A stretch of DNA of 64,000 nt from Nemertoderma westbladi (lineage: Eukaryota > Animalia > Xenacoelomorpha): contig JAUCBJ010008776.1 in assembly GCA_032718475.1 (NCBI GenBank), positions 62,001-126,000 on the forward strand. Direction: 5' to 3'. The notes beneath the pieces were generated by a model. The model did not search any database, had not been told where the DNA came from, and saw only the letters and a list, made by a program, of their open reading frames with translations. Of this stretch, positions 1-12,600 are shown piece after piece (the first letter of the stretch is position 1; each line of letters opens with the position of its first letter). The position numbers were made by a program, and so were the translations under genes.

Positions 1-46
1 ACTAACTTAATTCCCCTAGCATCCACTAAGTAAGGCCCTACGTACA

Positions 47-664
47 CTATTTGGGGCTCCATAATCCCGGATCGCCACAGTTCGAATAGTTCGGTGGCAA
101 CCCCCCTCGCTCTCTCACCCCGGATCGCCACAATTCAAACAGTTCCGGGGCGACCCCCCTCGCTCTCTCACTCGCCAGTTCTCCCTGTCCAAAATGGACT
201 AAATAGTGAAAGTGTTTATTTGACTCACCTAGCCTCTGATATAGTTTAGGCTGGTCTACCTTTCTCCCTTCTTTGGCCCCCTTAAGCAGTTTCTTGGTGG
301 CATTGTAGGCCCGTCGTAGCCGATCACTCGTCCCGACGTCCTCTTCGCCGACTCCTCCTCCTCTCCTCGTCCGGCGTCGTACTGGCTGCCCCACCATCGC
401 CGTTCCGGTGGGCCATCTGTCGCCCTCGGCCTGTGGCTGGCCGGCGACTTCGGTACTCCGACCGCCATCATGCGTTGACTCGTCTCCCTCTCGTGGTTGA
501 CAGCCACCCTCCGCTTGGGCAGCCGGATCGTCTCTCATTGGCGAATCCGGCATGGCAGGCCGATACCGTCTCGTCGCGGCCTCACGGATCGTTTGGTTGG
601 TATCGTCCGGGGTCCGCGGCGGCGTCCTCTCTCCCTCTGGTAATCGGGGCTCCCTATCGCTCAT
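47..664 (-). CDS. Orphan ORF (~205 aa from ATG at 664), disordered Arg/Gly/Pro-rich N-half; possibly Maverick/Polinton-like or other viral/TE gene
   Basis: Uninterrupted GC-rich ORF in an AT-rich background; ATG preceded by A-rich leader; contains RRRTRRGGGVG. No recognisable domain. Confidence 0.4.
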   Translation of the reverse strand: MSDREPRLPEGERTPPRTPDDTNQTIREAATRRYRPAMPDSPMRDDPAAQAEGGCQPREGDESTHDGGRSTEVAGQPQAEGDRWPTGTAMVGQPVRRRTRRGGGVGEEDVGTSDRLRRAYNATKKLLKGAKEGRKVDQPKLYQRLGESNKHFHYLVHFGQGELASERARGVAPELFELWRSGVRERGGLPPNYSNCGDPGLWSPK

Positions 665-1332
665 CTTTTCTTTTTCTTTATTCCTTGCAGTCACAGTTTA
701 TTGGCAGGTGGAAGTTAATGACTGTGATGGGATCAGAGATCCCAACTGGGTTAGAAATGTACGCGTTACCGTTCTGCTGGGGATCGTGCTACTAGCTTTG
801 GCCGAGGCCATTTGGGAAAAACAGTGAAAGTTTCTGTTGTCTCTCGATATTAATTAATATGGACGATAATAGCACGCCAGTAGATAATAAGCAGAAAATA
901 CAGATTAATTGTTACCGGTATGGCGGTGGCGGTCATTAACTATGACCGGTCTGCACTGACTGAACTGAATAACACAACTGACCGGTAAACCAGTAATGTA
1001 AGATAATATATGATTAATCACACATTGAATATTGGTTTTACCTCCTACTCTACTTTGGCCCTCTACCCAACGGATGCTTTCCTGTTCCCTATCACGTGCT
1101 TCCCTCCCCGCTATTGGCTAATATACTACTTGTCACTTTGGCAATCCCTGGGAGTGTTTCCCCTCCGCTGCTAGCCTCTACTAGCTGCCTTCCCTCCGAG
1201 GTGGTTTGACCTCTCACCTTTCTCTGTGGCTTTGGGGCTTGTGTCACCCCCCCCCCCCCCCCCCCCAATGTTGGTTATGATACGAGATGAATATTGGTAA
1301 TCTCGTATCCCCAACATATTGCTATAATGCCA

Positions 1333-1594
1333 CTAGTCCCATTTTCTGGTGGGTAATGAAGTGGAATTGAATCCGCTTACAGCTCCGACGGCGATGGCGT
1401 GGGGGTGGCGCCGGCTGTGGTGGGGATGGTGCCGGCGGCACCAGTAGGAGTGGCTGCGGTGGGTACCACGTCGATGGCGGCGGGGGCATTTACTGCGTGG
1501 TTGATAGGGGGGGGGGGGGGGGGGGGTACGGAACGTACCACCGCCCACGACAACCCCACCTACGCCCACGACCTCGACTTCGACACAAATCCAT
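1333..1594 (-). CDS. Candidate small basic protein (MDLCRSRGRGRRWGCRGRWYVPYPPPP...), reading frame ambiguous across a 20-nt G/C homopolymer
   Basis: Manual translation from ATG at 1594; frame after the homopolymer (1507-1526) depends on its length, giving an Arg/His-rich or Ala/Thr/Pro-rich tail with a 1-nt change. Confidence 0.25.
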
Positions 1595-1950
1595 CCTGTC
1601 CGTGTAAATCGAAATTCTTGGATTATTGCCTGTTATGTTAATTCGCTCTATTATATTCTATTTCTATTATATAGGCCTAACTTTTCCGTATTCAGGCAGC
1701 CTGGGTGGTATCATTAGGCCTACCATTATATCTGGTTGCTCTAGCCTGCCTGTACTAGCACTACTGCTATTGCCTGACTACATCGGCAACTTATTTGTAT
1801 CTTACTGTATATGTGCAATAAGGTTGGTGCACGAAAAAGTTGTTGGGCTAGTAACCAATGAATAATGGGTAAGAAGGTGCCCTGAATCGAGTGGCGGGGT
1901 GTGTTTATGTAAAAACACGAGGAAACAGTCTAAATGGCGGGTTTAACCGT

Positions 1951-4050
1951 TTAACGCCCATTGCACCTTAAATGGAACATGGTATATGGAGAGACATGGG
2001 CGGCTGCTGCTTTGAAAAAAACGTGATTTTTTTTTGATATGAGTAAATTACATGTTTCCTCACATAATGACACCTTACTTGACCAAATTTTATCAATTTC
2101 AAAACTGGAAATTGCCTGTTGAAAAGTGCCATTTTTGAAAAATTTAGGTGTCTTTTTGAATCTTAAAATTATGAGATGTGGGGTGGTCAAAAATTTTCGA
2201 AAATTAGCTTTCCTGTTGGCCTGAATGCTATGTTAATCATTTTTATCAGTTTTAGCTTTCAAATTTTTATTTAACAATGTTTAATACAGCAGCAAAGTGA
2301 AATGTTCCATTTAAGGTGCGTTGGGACTTCAAACACATTTTTTTTACATCTTTTTTGAAAATTGCTTCATATACTAACAGTTATATTTACTGTACAATTA
2401 TGTTGCTATTACGCATCATTTTACCTCGTTTAGCTGTCATACAGTCCACATTCTAGACCTGACTCGAATAAATTGCATTTTCTTGACCTGATTTTGATCA
2501 ACTTTGAAAAAATGTCTACAAGTTGTCCAAATTACCAGTGGAAATGTGAAGAACATAACTCGATTGTCGAGTGTACTGTACTTTGCATAGGTCTATACTG
2601 TAGGTACAGTCAAGGCAGGTACAGCAGAACACAGTGTAGATCAGTATATTTATTTTTTAGCTAGTTCGTATTACTATTTTTTTTTTCAATGTAACAATAT
2701 TTTTTATTAATTAATAAGGTTATATATATAAGAAAGGACAAACGAAGAGACAGCAGAAACGAATGGGGTGAACCCGACCCCGGAGCTGTGACACTCCTCT
2801 GCATGGGCCACGCCATCTTACGCTCCCGGCCACAGTGAGGGCATGTCCAGGTTTGCTGGGTGGTGGGGACAGGAAGAGCGGAGGTTGATGTCCTCTCGGG
2901 TTTCTCTGCAGATGTGGACAGGGAGGTTAGGGCAGGATCTAGGTGTGGGTTGGCTGGTTGGTGGCCAAGGATGAGGGAAACAAGGGGTCCAGCCTGGCAA
3001 ACGGAGTCTACATATGCAGCTGGTGCATGGTCAGTTGCCTTGCGCAGGCCTAGACCCCCCATAGCGGTTGGAAGGCATGCCTTGTTGTATGACCAGTCGG
3101 AGGGCGAACCTCCGACCAGGTCAGACAAGGAGCCACGCATGATGAGGTCGAATTCCAAGGAATACTGCACTACCAGAGATGGAGGGCAACAGCGCAGGGC
3201 GAAGACGACCTTGGGGCAAGCAGGAGCGGAGGAGGGCAGTTTCTATCTGTGAGTCCTGCAGGTCTGGCGGGCATGCAATTATGGCACGGACATTTATTGA
3301 TCCGTCCCATAACAGTATAAGGATCAGCATCAGTATATCGGAACAGCAGTACTTTGCACAGTGCTTTTGTGCACAATGTACTTCTTGATACAATAGTCGA
3401 TAACTTGATAGGCCTAGTCTATGTAGTATGTGTACATTGCACGTGTAGGCCCACTCTAGACTGACAGAACATCCCGGTATACATCATCTGATAAACGGCT
3501 ACCGGAACCTATCTTAACAACAGTAACTTTTTTCAAGTTAGTTTATACAGTATCAGTAAGCCGATGACCTGCTTATCCATACTGTAGCTGAATAGCCTAA
3601 CTAACTGCAGTAGCTTCTGAACAATAAATGGGGTCCTATATAATTTATGTAAGAACTTATAAAGTTTGTGTTATAAAGTATAGAAAAGGTGGAGAATGCC
3701 TTTCCAAAAATTTAGAAAAAAATATGTGCTCTAATGCCCAACGCACCTTAAATGGAACAAACACTTTTTTTTGCAAAAGTGTAAAAGTAAAGTTTTTTTA
3801 TTGGGCCATTTTGAATTAGTTTCCAAAATGTGAAACATTTTTGACATGGGGAAGTAGGGGTGGGAAGCCAATTTTGAAAATCGGCTGTGATTGGTTGCTA
3901 CATATTTGACGTCATTACACTGAGATCTGATCATTTTTTATCTTGGTTTCTATGAAGAGAGATTTTCCATCGATTCAAATACACATTTATTCTCAATTAC
4001 TTCTCACGTGGCTTATATCAATTGAAAGCGGAAAGTCTTGCGCGTCCACT
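1951..4050. mobile_element. Non-autonomous DNA transposon-like remnant(s), interrupted by a CRE-like LINE fragment
   Basis: Motif cccaWYgcaccttaaatggaaca recurs at ~1957 (+), ~2303 (inverted) and ~3737 (+); AT-rich non-coding; ends not defined. Confidence 0.3.
2678..3275 (-). pseudogene. CRE-like (RLE-type) non-LTR retrotransposon fragment, 5'-truncated and internally deleted
   Basis: LLRSCL..PKVVFALRCCPP..FD..ACLPTAMGGLGLRKATDHAPAAY (post-RT thumb region) joined to PGHALTVA..ERK..HAEEC..GVGFTP (RLE C-terminus), then AATAAA and an A-tail. Confidence 0.75.
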
Positions 4051-4060
4051 ACAATTAATT

Positions 4061-4407
4061 AAATTCATAAAAGGAAAGATTGGTAAAATGCTGTTTACAA
4101 TTACAAACTCGGTCAATTGTTTTGCGCACCAACCCTGTTATATATTATATTTGAAATACAGGGAAAGAAAATAAATTGAATTTCGTTAAAAATTTCGTAT
4201 CTTTTGAGGCCGAGAACAGCAATATTAAACCGTAGTGGTTTAATATTGCTGTTCTCGGCCTCAAAAGATACGAAATTTTTAACGAAATTCAATTTATTTT
4301 CTTTCCCTGTATTTCAAATATAATATATAACAGGGTTGGTGCGCAAAACAATTGACCGAGTTTGTAATTGTAAACAGCATTTTACCAATCTTTCCTTTTA
4401 TGAATTT
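4061..4407. repeat. Perfect palindrome: 171-bp arms, 5-nt spacer (GTAGT)
   Basis: 4061-4231 is the reverse complement of 4237-4407. Confidence 0.95.
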
Positions 4408-4924
4408 TTCTGTCGTGGTAAACGGTGCTGGAGTCCGACTCCCACTTTTGTCCGCCTTCTTTGCGACGCTCCAGCCACTGGGAAGGATCACGGCCGTAGT
4501 TGCACCGGTATTCCGACACACTGATCGCTACTAAAAGGTGCTCTGTTCCTGTACTCCCTTCACTCAGACACAGAATTCTAAAATGCGAAATATATTAATT
4601 ACATTACCTACTCCATATTATTTGTATCTATGAATTTTATTATTTTTACTATATATTTTATTTGAAAGGGGACGTTTATAAATTTTAGATAAGGCTACGA
4701 ATTAATTTTATTATTTTTGAAATATATTTTATTTAATAACTCATTTTTTAGAGATGTTCTACAGTATATTAATTAATTATATTTTCCTGACTGGTACGGC
4801 CTATATTATATTAAATAAGTAAATATTGTAAATTAGGTGCATTAATAATATATATTTATATGCTACAATCTGCATACCAGTTGCAAACACCATAAAATGG
4901 TAATAATGGCTCGGATTTAATGAC

Positions 4925-5082
4925 GATATTTCGAGTCAGCGTGACTCTTATTCATGTAATCGAAGTAAATTTCTAAAACAAATAAAAAATTTGATATTTT
5001 TTATAAAAAATTTGTCATTTTTTATTTGTTCGAGAAAATTACTTTGAATTCATGAATAAGAGTCACGCTGTTTCGAAATATC
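4925..5082. mobile_element. Small imperfect fold-back element (MITE-like)
   Basis: gatatttcgagtcagcgtgactcttattcatg ... catgaataagagtcacgctgtttcgaaatatc; pairing continues imperfectly to the centre. Confidence 0.6.
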
Positions 5083-5267
5083 ATTTTTTTATAAATAACA
5101 ATTTGCTTTGCTTTTTTTAATTATTTATTTGCTTGATATTGGCCTGTTAAAAATATACTTCGTTCAAACCAAGATTATATTCAAGAGACCGGATCATGCT
5201 GAACATGGTTGTTTAAAATGCGTTCCTATTACTTAATTGTATCTTATTATAGAGTATTACTTATAAT

Positions 5268-5362
5268 AAAGAATGCTGTGGCGGCTGGTCGACAAAATTG
5301 CGCCCCCACAATCCCTATCACCCACCCATGACATTTGCTAGATCATCCGCATCTTCAAGAAT
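5268..5362 (-). mobile_element. 3' fragment of the RTE-like LINE family also seen at 58-59 kb
   Basis: Reverse complement matches ~58945-59035 (LEDADDLANVMG..WR...DKPA). Confidence 0.75.
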
Positions 5363-6235
5363 CCTGATCCTAATTCAAGATCCTGGATTGCTAAGCTCGC
5401 TATTGACTGAGCCACTAAGAAGGCGGCTCCTCCACATCAAGGATCATCCTTCCTTGGTAATTTTAGCCCTACACATCGAAATAGGAGCTGGACAGTCGTG
5501 CTACCCTTCTTACATCCGAAACGTCTAACTGCAATCACGGCCCAATATCCCTTTCTCCACTTTTCTATAGGGGACACTGTGAGTGAAAAATATGAAACCA
5601 ATAGGATGATATTATATGAGCAATAACCATGGATAACCATGGATTGATTGTGGAGTGAGTCTGGCGTGATATAGCAGGGACTGAGCAAACAATATAGGGT
5701 GTGTTGTACTAAGCAAATGCTGCGTATTACAATTACAAAGAGGCCTATAAAGTGCAATTATAACTGGTGAAAGTTATATTGGTGCAGTAGGGGGGGGGGG
5801 GGGGGATGAACTCTAGTACGGGTCCTTTGCAGCTCATGTATTAGTACATGATGTTAAATGCAGATTAGTCATATTTAGTCATATTTATTGCTGGTGTATT
5901 AGTTTAGTTTTCATCCTTGTGTGTAGTGTCATCATCAAATATCGCCAAACCCCTATCGGTGTATTTGACTTATTGGTATTATTGGTGAAGTACGTTATCT
6001 TCAACGTAGTTGAGATAATTTGATCATTAATGACATTCCTCTGGGATCCATTTCCAAACCCTCGTCTGGATTTACCAACAGCAGGACCTCCTGGTCGAGC
6101 ACAGAAAGATTGTGAGAGAATGGCAGGTAGATATTATCAACTAAGGACGCTATGTAGACCTCACGAACAAAATCTACTCACAGACATGGTGCGCATCTGA
6201 AAACCAACTTCAAAGCATATTGCATTTGGGACAGC

Positions 6236-7385
6236 CATGACCTACTATAGATACGACCCGCCAAGCTGCTGCAAAGCCCCTAAATTTAGTGGGCCAGTTA
6301 TTTCTCTCAGATAGAACCTCTGAAACAATATGTATAGCGCATTGGAAGTACTTGTCCCTAACTAAAATTATGTCCTCTTCAGATGAGGCAAATAAACATT
6401 TAACCTGAAAGCCAGCAAGCTGGCTTTAAACGAACCTGCCCCTGAAACCAGTACCCTGAGTGAGTGAAAATGAAAACACGAAAATTGCCATCAATTCAAC
6501 GATAGAAACACCAGCTGCTGGTACTCATGAGGGCCTAGTAAGCTACTACTATTTATTAAATGGATGGATAGCCCAAACTGCAGAGAAGTATACTACTTGC
6601 CAAATTTATTACTATCTCACTCTAACCCAGACAGTAATCAAACATCAACTGTTATTTTGTATAATGTATTACCCCCCAGCTGAATAGCTCTTCCCAGTGA
6701 ATCCTATGGGAATATCATTGTAAGCACTGGGCCGTTCAAATGTTTTATAGGTTGATGATAATGAATGAGGAGGGACCCAACTAACACTACGTTTGTCTAT
6801 GGACGGTCTCCTTATAGTCAGCTAGCTTACTGGCTTTTCTAGTTGAATCATATTATTCTGCAACCAATAATTTACTCTTTTAGACGAATTAGTGAGTTTT
6901 TTTGCCGGACTAACAAATTGTGGCGACGTTCTGTGCGAGATTGGCGATATTTGAAAAGATTCTGAGGCTCAAATATGTTGCTCAAATGACTGAATACCCC
7001 AAATAAAAAAGTTGGTGCATACTCGACGAGTTGAAATCGGTGAAATTCGACATTAAATTTTCAAAACCGCTATATTTTTCAGTGACCCCGTGATCGAAAC
7101 GCCACAAAAAATATACAGTCTTGTGCGCAACAAAAATCTATGTAGAGTTTGTTATTAAAATTTTTGCGTACCTGCTTGAGTTGTTGAGATATTGGATGGT
7201 TATACATATATATATACACACAAACACAACCACATCGTGTTTTTGAACGGCTCAACTCTTGACAAAAAAACTACCCTGGCCTACCTATTAATAGGCAGGT
7301 TCGTTATAACTCCATAAGTTTTCGAGATATAATTCCTTAATTCATTAATTCATTCCTTGGCGGGTCGTATCTATAGTAGGTCATG
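6236..7385. mobile_element. Non-autonomous TIR element, P-superfamily-like (1150 bp)
   Basis: Perfect 30-bp TIRs CATGACCTACTATAGATACGACCCGCCAAG (6236-6265, 7356-7385); 7-bp TSD GGACAGC (6229-6235, 7386-7392); CAT start and 7-8 bp TSD fit P-like elements. Confidence 0.8.
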
Positions 7386-8559
7386 GGACAGCATTGCAAC
7401 AACTTCTAGGAGGCGCCTTACTCGAATTCGCCGCCATCTAATAAGCCCACCCGAACATCGGTGGATGCTTCAAATGTAATCACGCGGATTTTCAAAACAA
7501 CTGTATTTATTAATTTCTACTAATAACTTATTAGATAGCTCTTGAGATATTGCACAACATACATCAATGGTTTAGTTACTCTGATATGTAGCCTAAACAA
7601 TTGTAAATGAGAGAATGATGGTAATTAATAAACTTATTTCAGAATTTTAGTACCGGCTGATCGCGCTACCTTTTAAATAATTAATAAATTTTAGATAATT
7701 GATACATATCTGAATAATGCATTTAAAGACAATGACTACTGTACTGTTATGGGTAGCTATGCTGTAGTGGTACCTCTAATGTAGTTCTAAACTAACAGAT
7801 CAGTGCCAAACTCGTCAATGGATCACATCAATGGATCAGTAGTTTATTATCTATGGTTTTTACCAATCTCCATCATTGTCACCACTTTTGAGTCAGTCAT
7901 CAGCAGGGTCACCCAGCTTCAGGCCGCCACAAGATGATGTTCCCCATACAATCGTGAATTATTACATAATTGTTAAATCAAATTGTAAATTTTGTTGTTG
8001 CGGTTATTGTGAAATTATAACGTCGATTTCCCACCATCTCATCAATAATATCATCTGCAACAAACTGACACTTTTATCTAAATATTACAACAAATGATAA
8101 TGGGTTTCTCCTGGAAAACGACATAAAATGTCACCATTATGACAGATAAATGCATTAACACATACAAAGCATAGCAACTAAAACTACAGATATTTCTTAA
8201 AGCCTCGTCTTTACTTAACATAAATAAAATATTTAACTTCCTCACAATACACGCATATTCCTTCACTTTGCTTAAATACTGTATTTGCAGCTTTTTCAAT
8301 CCATTATTGAAGAGGTTTAGCAATTTGTTCAGCAACTTGATCAGCAACACAAAATTTTCCTAAAAAGTCGCCGCATGTAAACCAGCCTTACGAGAATTGA
8401 CTTAAGTCTTTACTGAGAGATAGATGGCCTACTGTAAAAGATAATGCATTAAGTACTGAGTACATGACGATTTATATAGGGGCCTACTGTAGAAAATAGA
8501 AAGTTATATAACGCTCGCCAGTTTCACAAAGCCCTTATTAATAGTAGGCCTAGTAGTAT

Positions 8560-9097
8560 GTACCACTTACAGTAGTATTATGTAGCACTTACAGTAGCAG
8601 CACTTGAAGTATTATAGCAGCACTTTACGTAGTAGGGCCTAGTAGCACTTATAATAGTCTCACTTACAGTAGTGGCACTTACAGTAACAGTACATACAGT
8701 AGCAGCACTTACAGTAACTGTACATACAGTAGCAGCCCTTACAGTAACAGCACTTACAGTAACAGTACATACAGTAGCAGCACTTACAGTAACAGTACAT
8801 ACAGTAGCAGCACTTACAGTAACAGTACATACAGTAGCAGCACTTACAGTAACTGTACATACAGTAGCAGCACTTACAGTAACTGTACATACAGTAGCAG
8901 CACTTACAGTAACAGTACATACAGTAGCAGCACTTACAGTAACAGTACATACAGTAGCAGCACTTACAGTAACAGCACTTACAGTAACAGTACATACAGT
9001 AGCAGCACTTACAGTAACAGTACATACAGTAGCAGCACTTACAGTAACAGTACATACAGTAGCAGCACTTACAGTAACTGTACATACAGTAGCAGCC
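8560..9097. repeat. 30-bp minisatellite (ACAGTAGCAGCACTTACAGTAACAGTACAT), dimer of a 15-bp subunit
   Basis: About 14 near-identical copies 8680-9097 with a degenerate left edge. Confidence 0.95.
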
Positions 9098-9699
9098 CAA
9101 TATCTATTGAAATATTGAATTATTATTTATATTTGCATATTAAACAACGAATCAAGCTTATTTGTTCTGTACAATACTTAGCCACTAGGTAGCGCTAAAG
9201 AGCCTAGTTTTTTAATGAAGAAAAGTTTGATGATATTATAATAGTGTAACATTGTTTGCTGAGATTGTGGGCCATCTTATCTACATGAAGTAAGTACTGC
9301 ATCTTTGAATGAAAACTATTCCTGGAATATATATATTCGAACCAAGGTGGGTGAAACGAGTAATTGTGATTGAGTTAGCATCTCTCTCCCTCTCCCTTCT
9401 CTCTTCCCAGTAAGCACGGGGTAAGTCGTAATCAAAAAAACTGAATCCCTATAACAAGCTGAAAGCCATTTACTTGACAAATCCAATTATATTTTTGGTT
9501 GCGGCATACAGCTGCGCAGTGAAGTTGATAACTTTATGCTGGAATAAGCTTACGCTTCACGATCCTACCCTATCAAAAGCTGGAATAAGGTGATGCTTCA
9601 CGATCATATACCCACTTATTCACAGTCGCGACGTGCGTAATTTATATCTTTATTCACAGATATAATTGACACTATCCTCCGTGTTGCTGTCAGTACTGC

Positions 9700-12600
9700 C
9701 TGTGCACGTGTACCCCCCGGACTGCTATCAGATGTCGATATGTGTACCTCGGACCTGCAGTCAGAATGTGGACGTATACCATGGTGCAACAGTCAGTGTG
9801 TGGACGTGTACCATGGTGCTGCACTCAGTATATGGACGTGTACCATGGTGCTGTAGTAGGTATATTGATGTGTACCATGGTGTTGCATTACGTGTATAGA
9901 CGTGTACCATGGTGCTGCAGTTAGTATGTGGACGTGTACCACGGTGCTGTATTCAGTATATGGACGTGTACCATGGTGCTGCAGTACGTGTGTGGACGTG
10001 TACCATGGTGCTGTAGTCACTATGTGGACGTGTACCATGGTGCAACAGTCAGTGTGTGGACGTGTACCACGGTGCTGTAGTAAGTATAAGGACGTGTACC
10101 ACGGTGCTGTAGTCAGTATATGGATGTGTACCAAGGTGCTGTATTCAATATATGGACGTGTACCATGGTGCTACAGTTAGTATATGGACGTGTACCACGG
10201 TGCTGTAGTCAGTATATGGATGTGTACCATGGTGCTGCATTACGTGTATGGACGTGTACCATGGTGCTGCATTTAGTATATGGACGTGTACCACGGCGCT
10301 GTAGTCAGTATATGGATGTGTACCATGGTGCTACATTACGTGTATGGACGTGTACCATGGTGCTGCATTTAGTATATGGACGTGTACCACGGTGCTGTAG
10401 TCAGTATATGGATGTGTACCAAGGTGCTGTATTCAATATATGGATGTGTACCATGGTGCTACATTACGTGTATGGACGTGTACCATGGTGCTGCAGTTAG
10501 TATATGGACGTGTACCAAGGTGCTACATTACGTGTATGGACGTGTACCATGGTGCTACAGTTAGTATATGGACGTGTACCACGGTGCTGTAGTCAGTATA
10601 TGGATGTGTACCATGGTGCTGTATTCAATATATGGATGTGTACCATGGTGCTACATTACGTGTATGGACGTGTACCATGGTGCTACAGTTAGTATATGGA
10701 CGTGTACCACGGTGCTGTAGTCAGTATATGGATGTGTACCATGGTGCTACACTACGTGTATGGACGTGTACCATGGTGCTACAGTTAGTATATGGACGTG
10801 TACCACGGTGCTGTAGTCAGTATATGGATGTGTACCATGGTGCTGCATTACGTGTATGGACGTGTACCGCGGTGCTGTAGTCAGTATATGGATGTGTACC
10901 ATGGTGCTACACTACGTGTATGGACGTGTACCATGGTGCTACAGTTAGTATATGGACGTGTACCACGGTGCTGTAGTCAGTATATGGATGTGTACCATGG
11001 TGCTGCATTACGTGTATGGACGTGTACCATGGTGCTGCATTTAGTATATGGACGTGTACCACGGTGCTGTAGTCAGTATATGGATGTGTACCATGGTGCT
11101 GCATTACGTGTATGGACGTGTACCACGGTGCTGCATTTAGTATATGGACGTGTACCATGGTGATGTAGTCAGTATATGGATGTGTACCAAGGTGCTGTAT
11201 TCAATATATGGATGTGTACCATGGTGCTACATTACGTGTATGGACGTGTACCATGGTGCTACAGTTAGTATATGGACGTGTACCACGGTGCTGTATTCAG
11301 TATATGGACGTGTACCATGGTGCTGCAGTACGTGTGTGGACGTGTACCATGGTGCTGCAGTTAGTATATGGACGTGTACCATGGTGCTGTAGTTAGTATA
11401 TGGACGTGTACCACGGTGCTGTAGTCAGTATATGGACGTGTACCACGGTGCTGCAGTCAGTATATGGACGTGTACCAAGGTGCTACAGTTAGTATATGGA
11501 CGTGTACCATGGTGCTGCAGTTAGTATATGGACGTGTACCACGGTGCTGCAGTCAGTATATGGATGTGTACCATGGTACTGCATTACCTGTATGGGCGTG
11601 TACCATGGTGCTGCAGTTAGTATATGGACGTGTACCAAGGTGCTGTATTCAATATATGGATGTGTACCATGGTGCTACATTACGTGTATGGACGTGTACC
11701 ATGGTGCTGCATTTAGAATATAGACGTGTACCACGGTGCTGTAGTCAGTATATGGATGTGTACCAAGGTGCTGTATTCAATATATGGATGTGTACCATGG
11801 TGCTACATTACGTGTATGGACGTGTACCATGGTGCTGCATTTAGTATATGGACGTGTACCACGGTGCTGTAGTCAGTATATGGATGTGTACCAAGGTGCT
11901 GTATTCAATATATGGATGTGTACCATGGTGCTACATTACGTGTATGGACGTGTACCATGGTGCTGCAGTTAGTATATGGACGTGTACCACGGTGCTGTAG
12001 TCAGTATATGGATGTGTACCATGGTGCTACACTACGTGTATGGACGTGTACCATGGTGCTACAGTTAGTATATGGACGTGTACCATGGTGCTACAGTTAG
12101 TATATGGACGTGTACCACGGTGCTGTAGTCAGTATATGGATGTGTACCATGGTGCTACACTACGTGTATGGACGTGTACCATGGTGCTACAGTTAGTATA
12201 TGGACGTGTACCACGGTGCTGTAGTCAGTATATGGATGTGTACCATGGTGCTGCATTACGTGTATGGACGTGTACCGCGGTGCTGTAGTCAGTATATAGA
12301 TGTGTACCATGGTGCTACACTACGTGTATGGACGTGTACCATGGTGCTACAGTTAGTATATGGACGTGTACCACGGTGCTGTAGTCAGTATATGGATGTG
12401 TACCATGGTGCTGCATTACGTGTATGGACGTGTACCATGGTGCTGCATTTAGTATATGGACGTGTACCACGGCGCTGTAGTCAGTATATGGATGTGTACC
12501 ATGGTGCTGCATTACGTGTATGGACGTGTACCATGGTGCTGCATTTAGTATATGGACGTGTACCATGGTGATGTAGTCAGTATATGGATGTGTACCAAGG

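Noticed and set aside
6400-6710. Minus-strand micro-exons with good AG/GT signals
   Set aside because: The segments are repeated at 18.9-19.2 kb and lie within a TIR element; a repeat origin is more parsimonious without RNA data
8660-9118. Cys-rich metallothionein/keratin-associated-like ORF (CCYCMYCYCK)n
   Set aside because: Pure translation of a 30-bp minisatellite, open on both strands, with no unique termini
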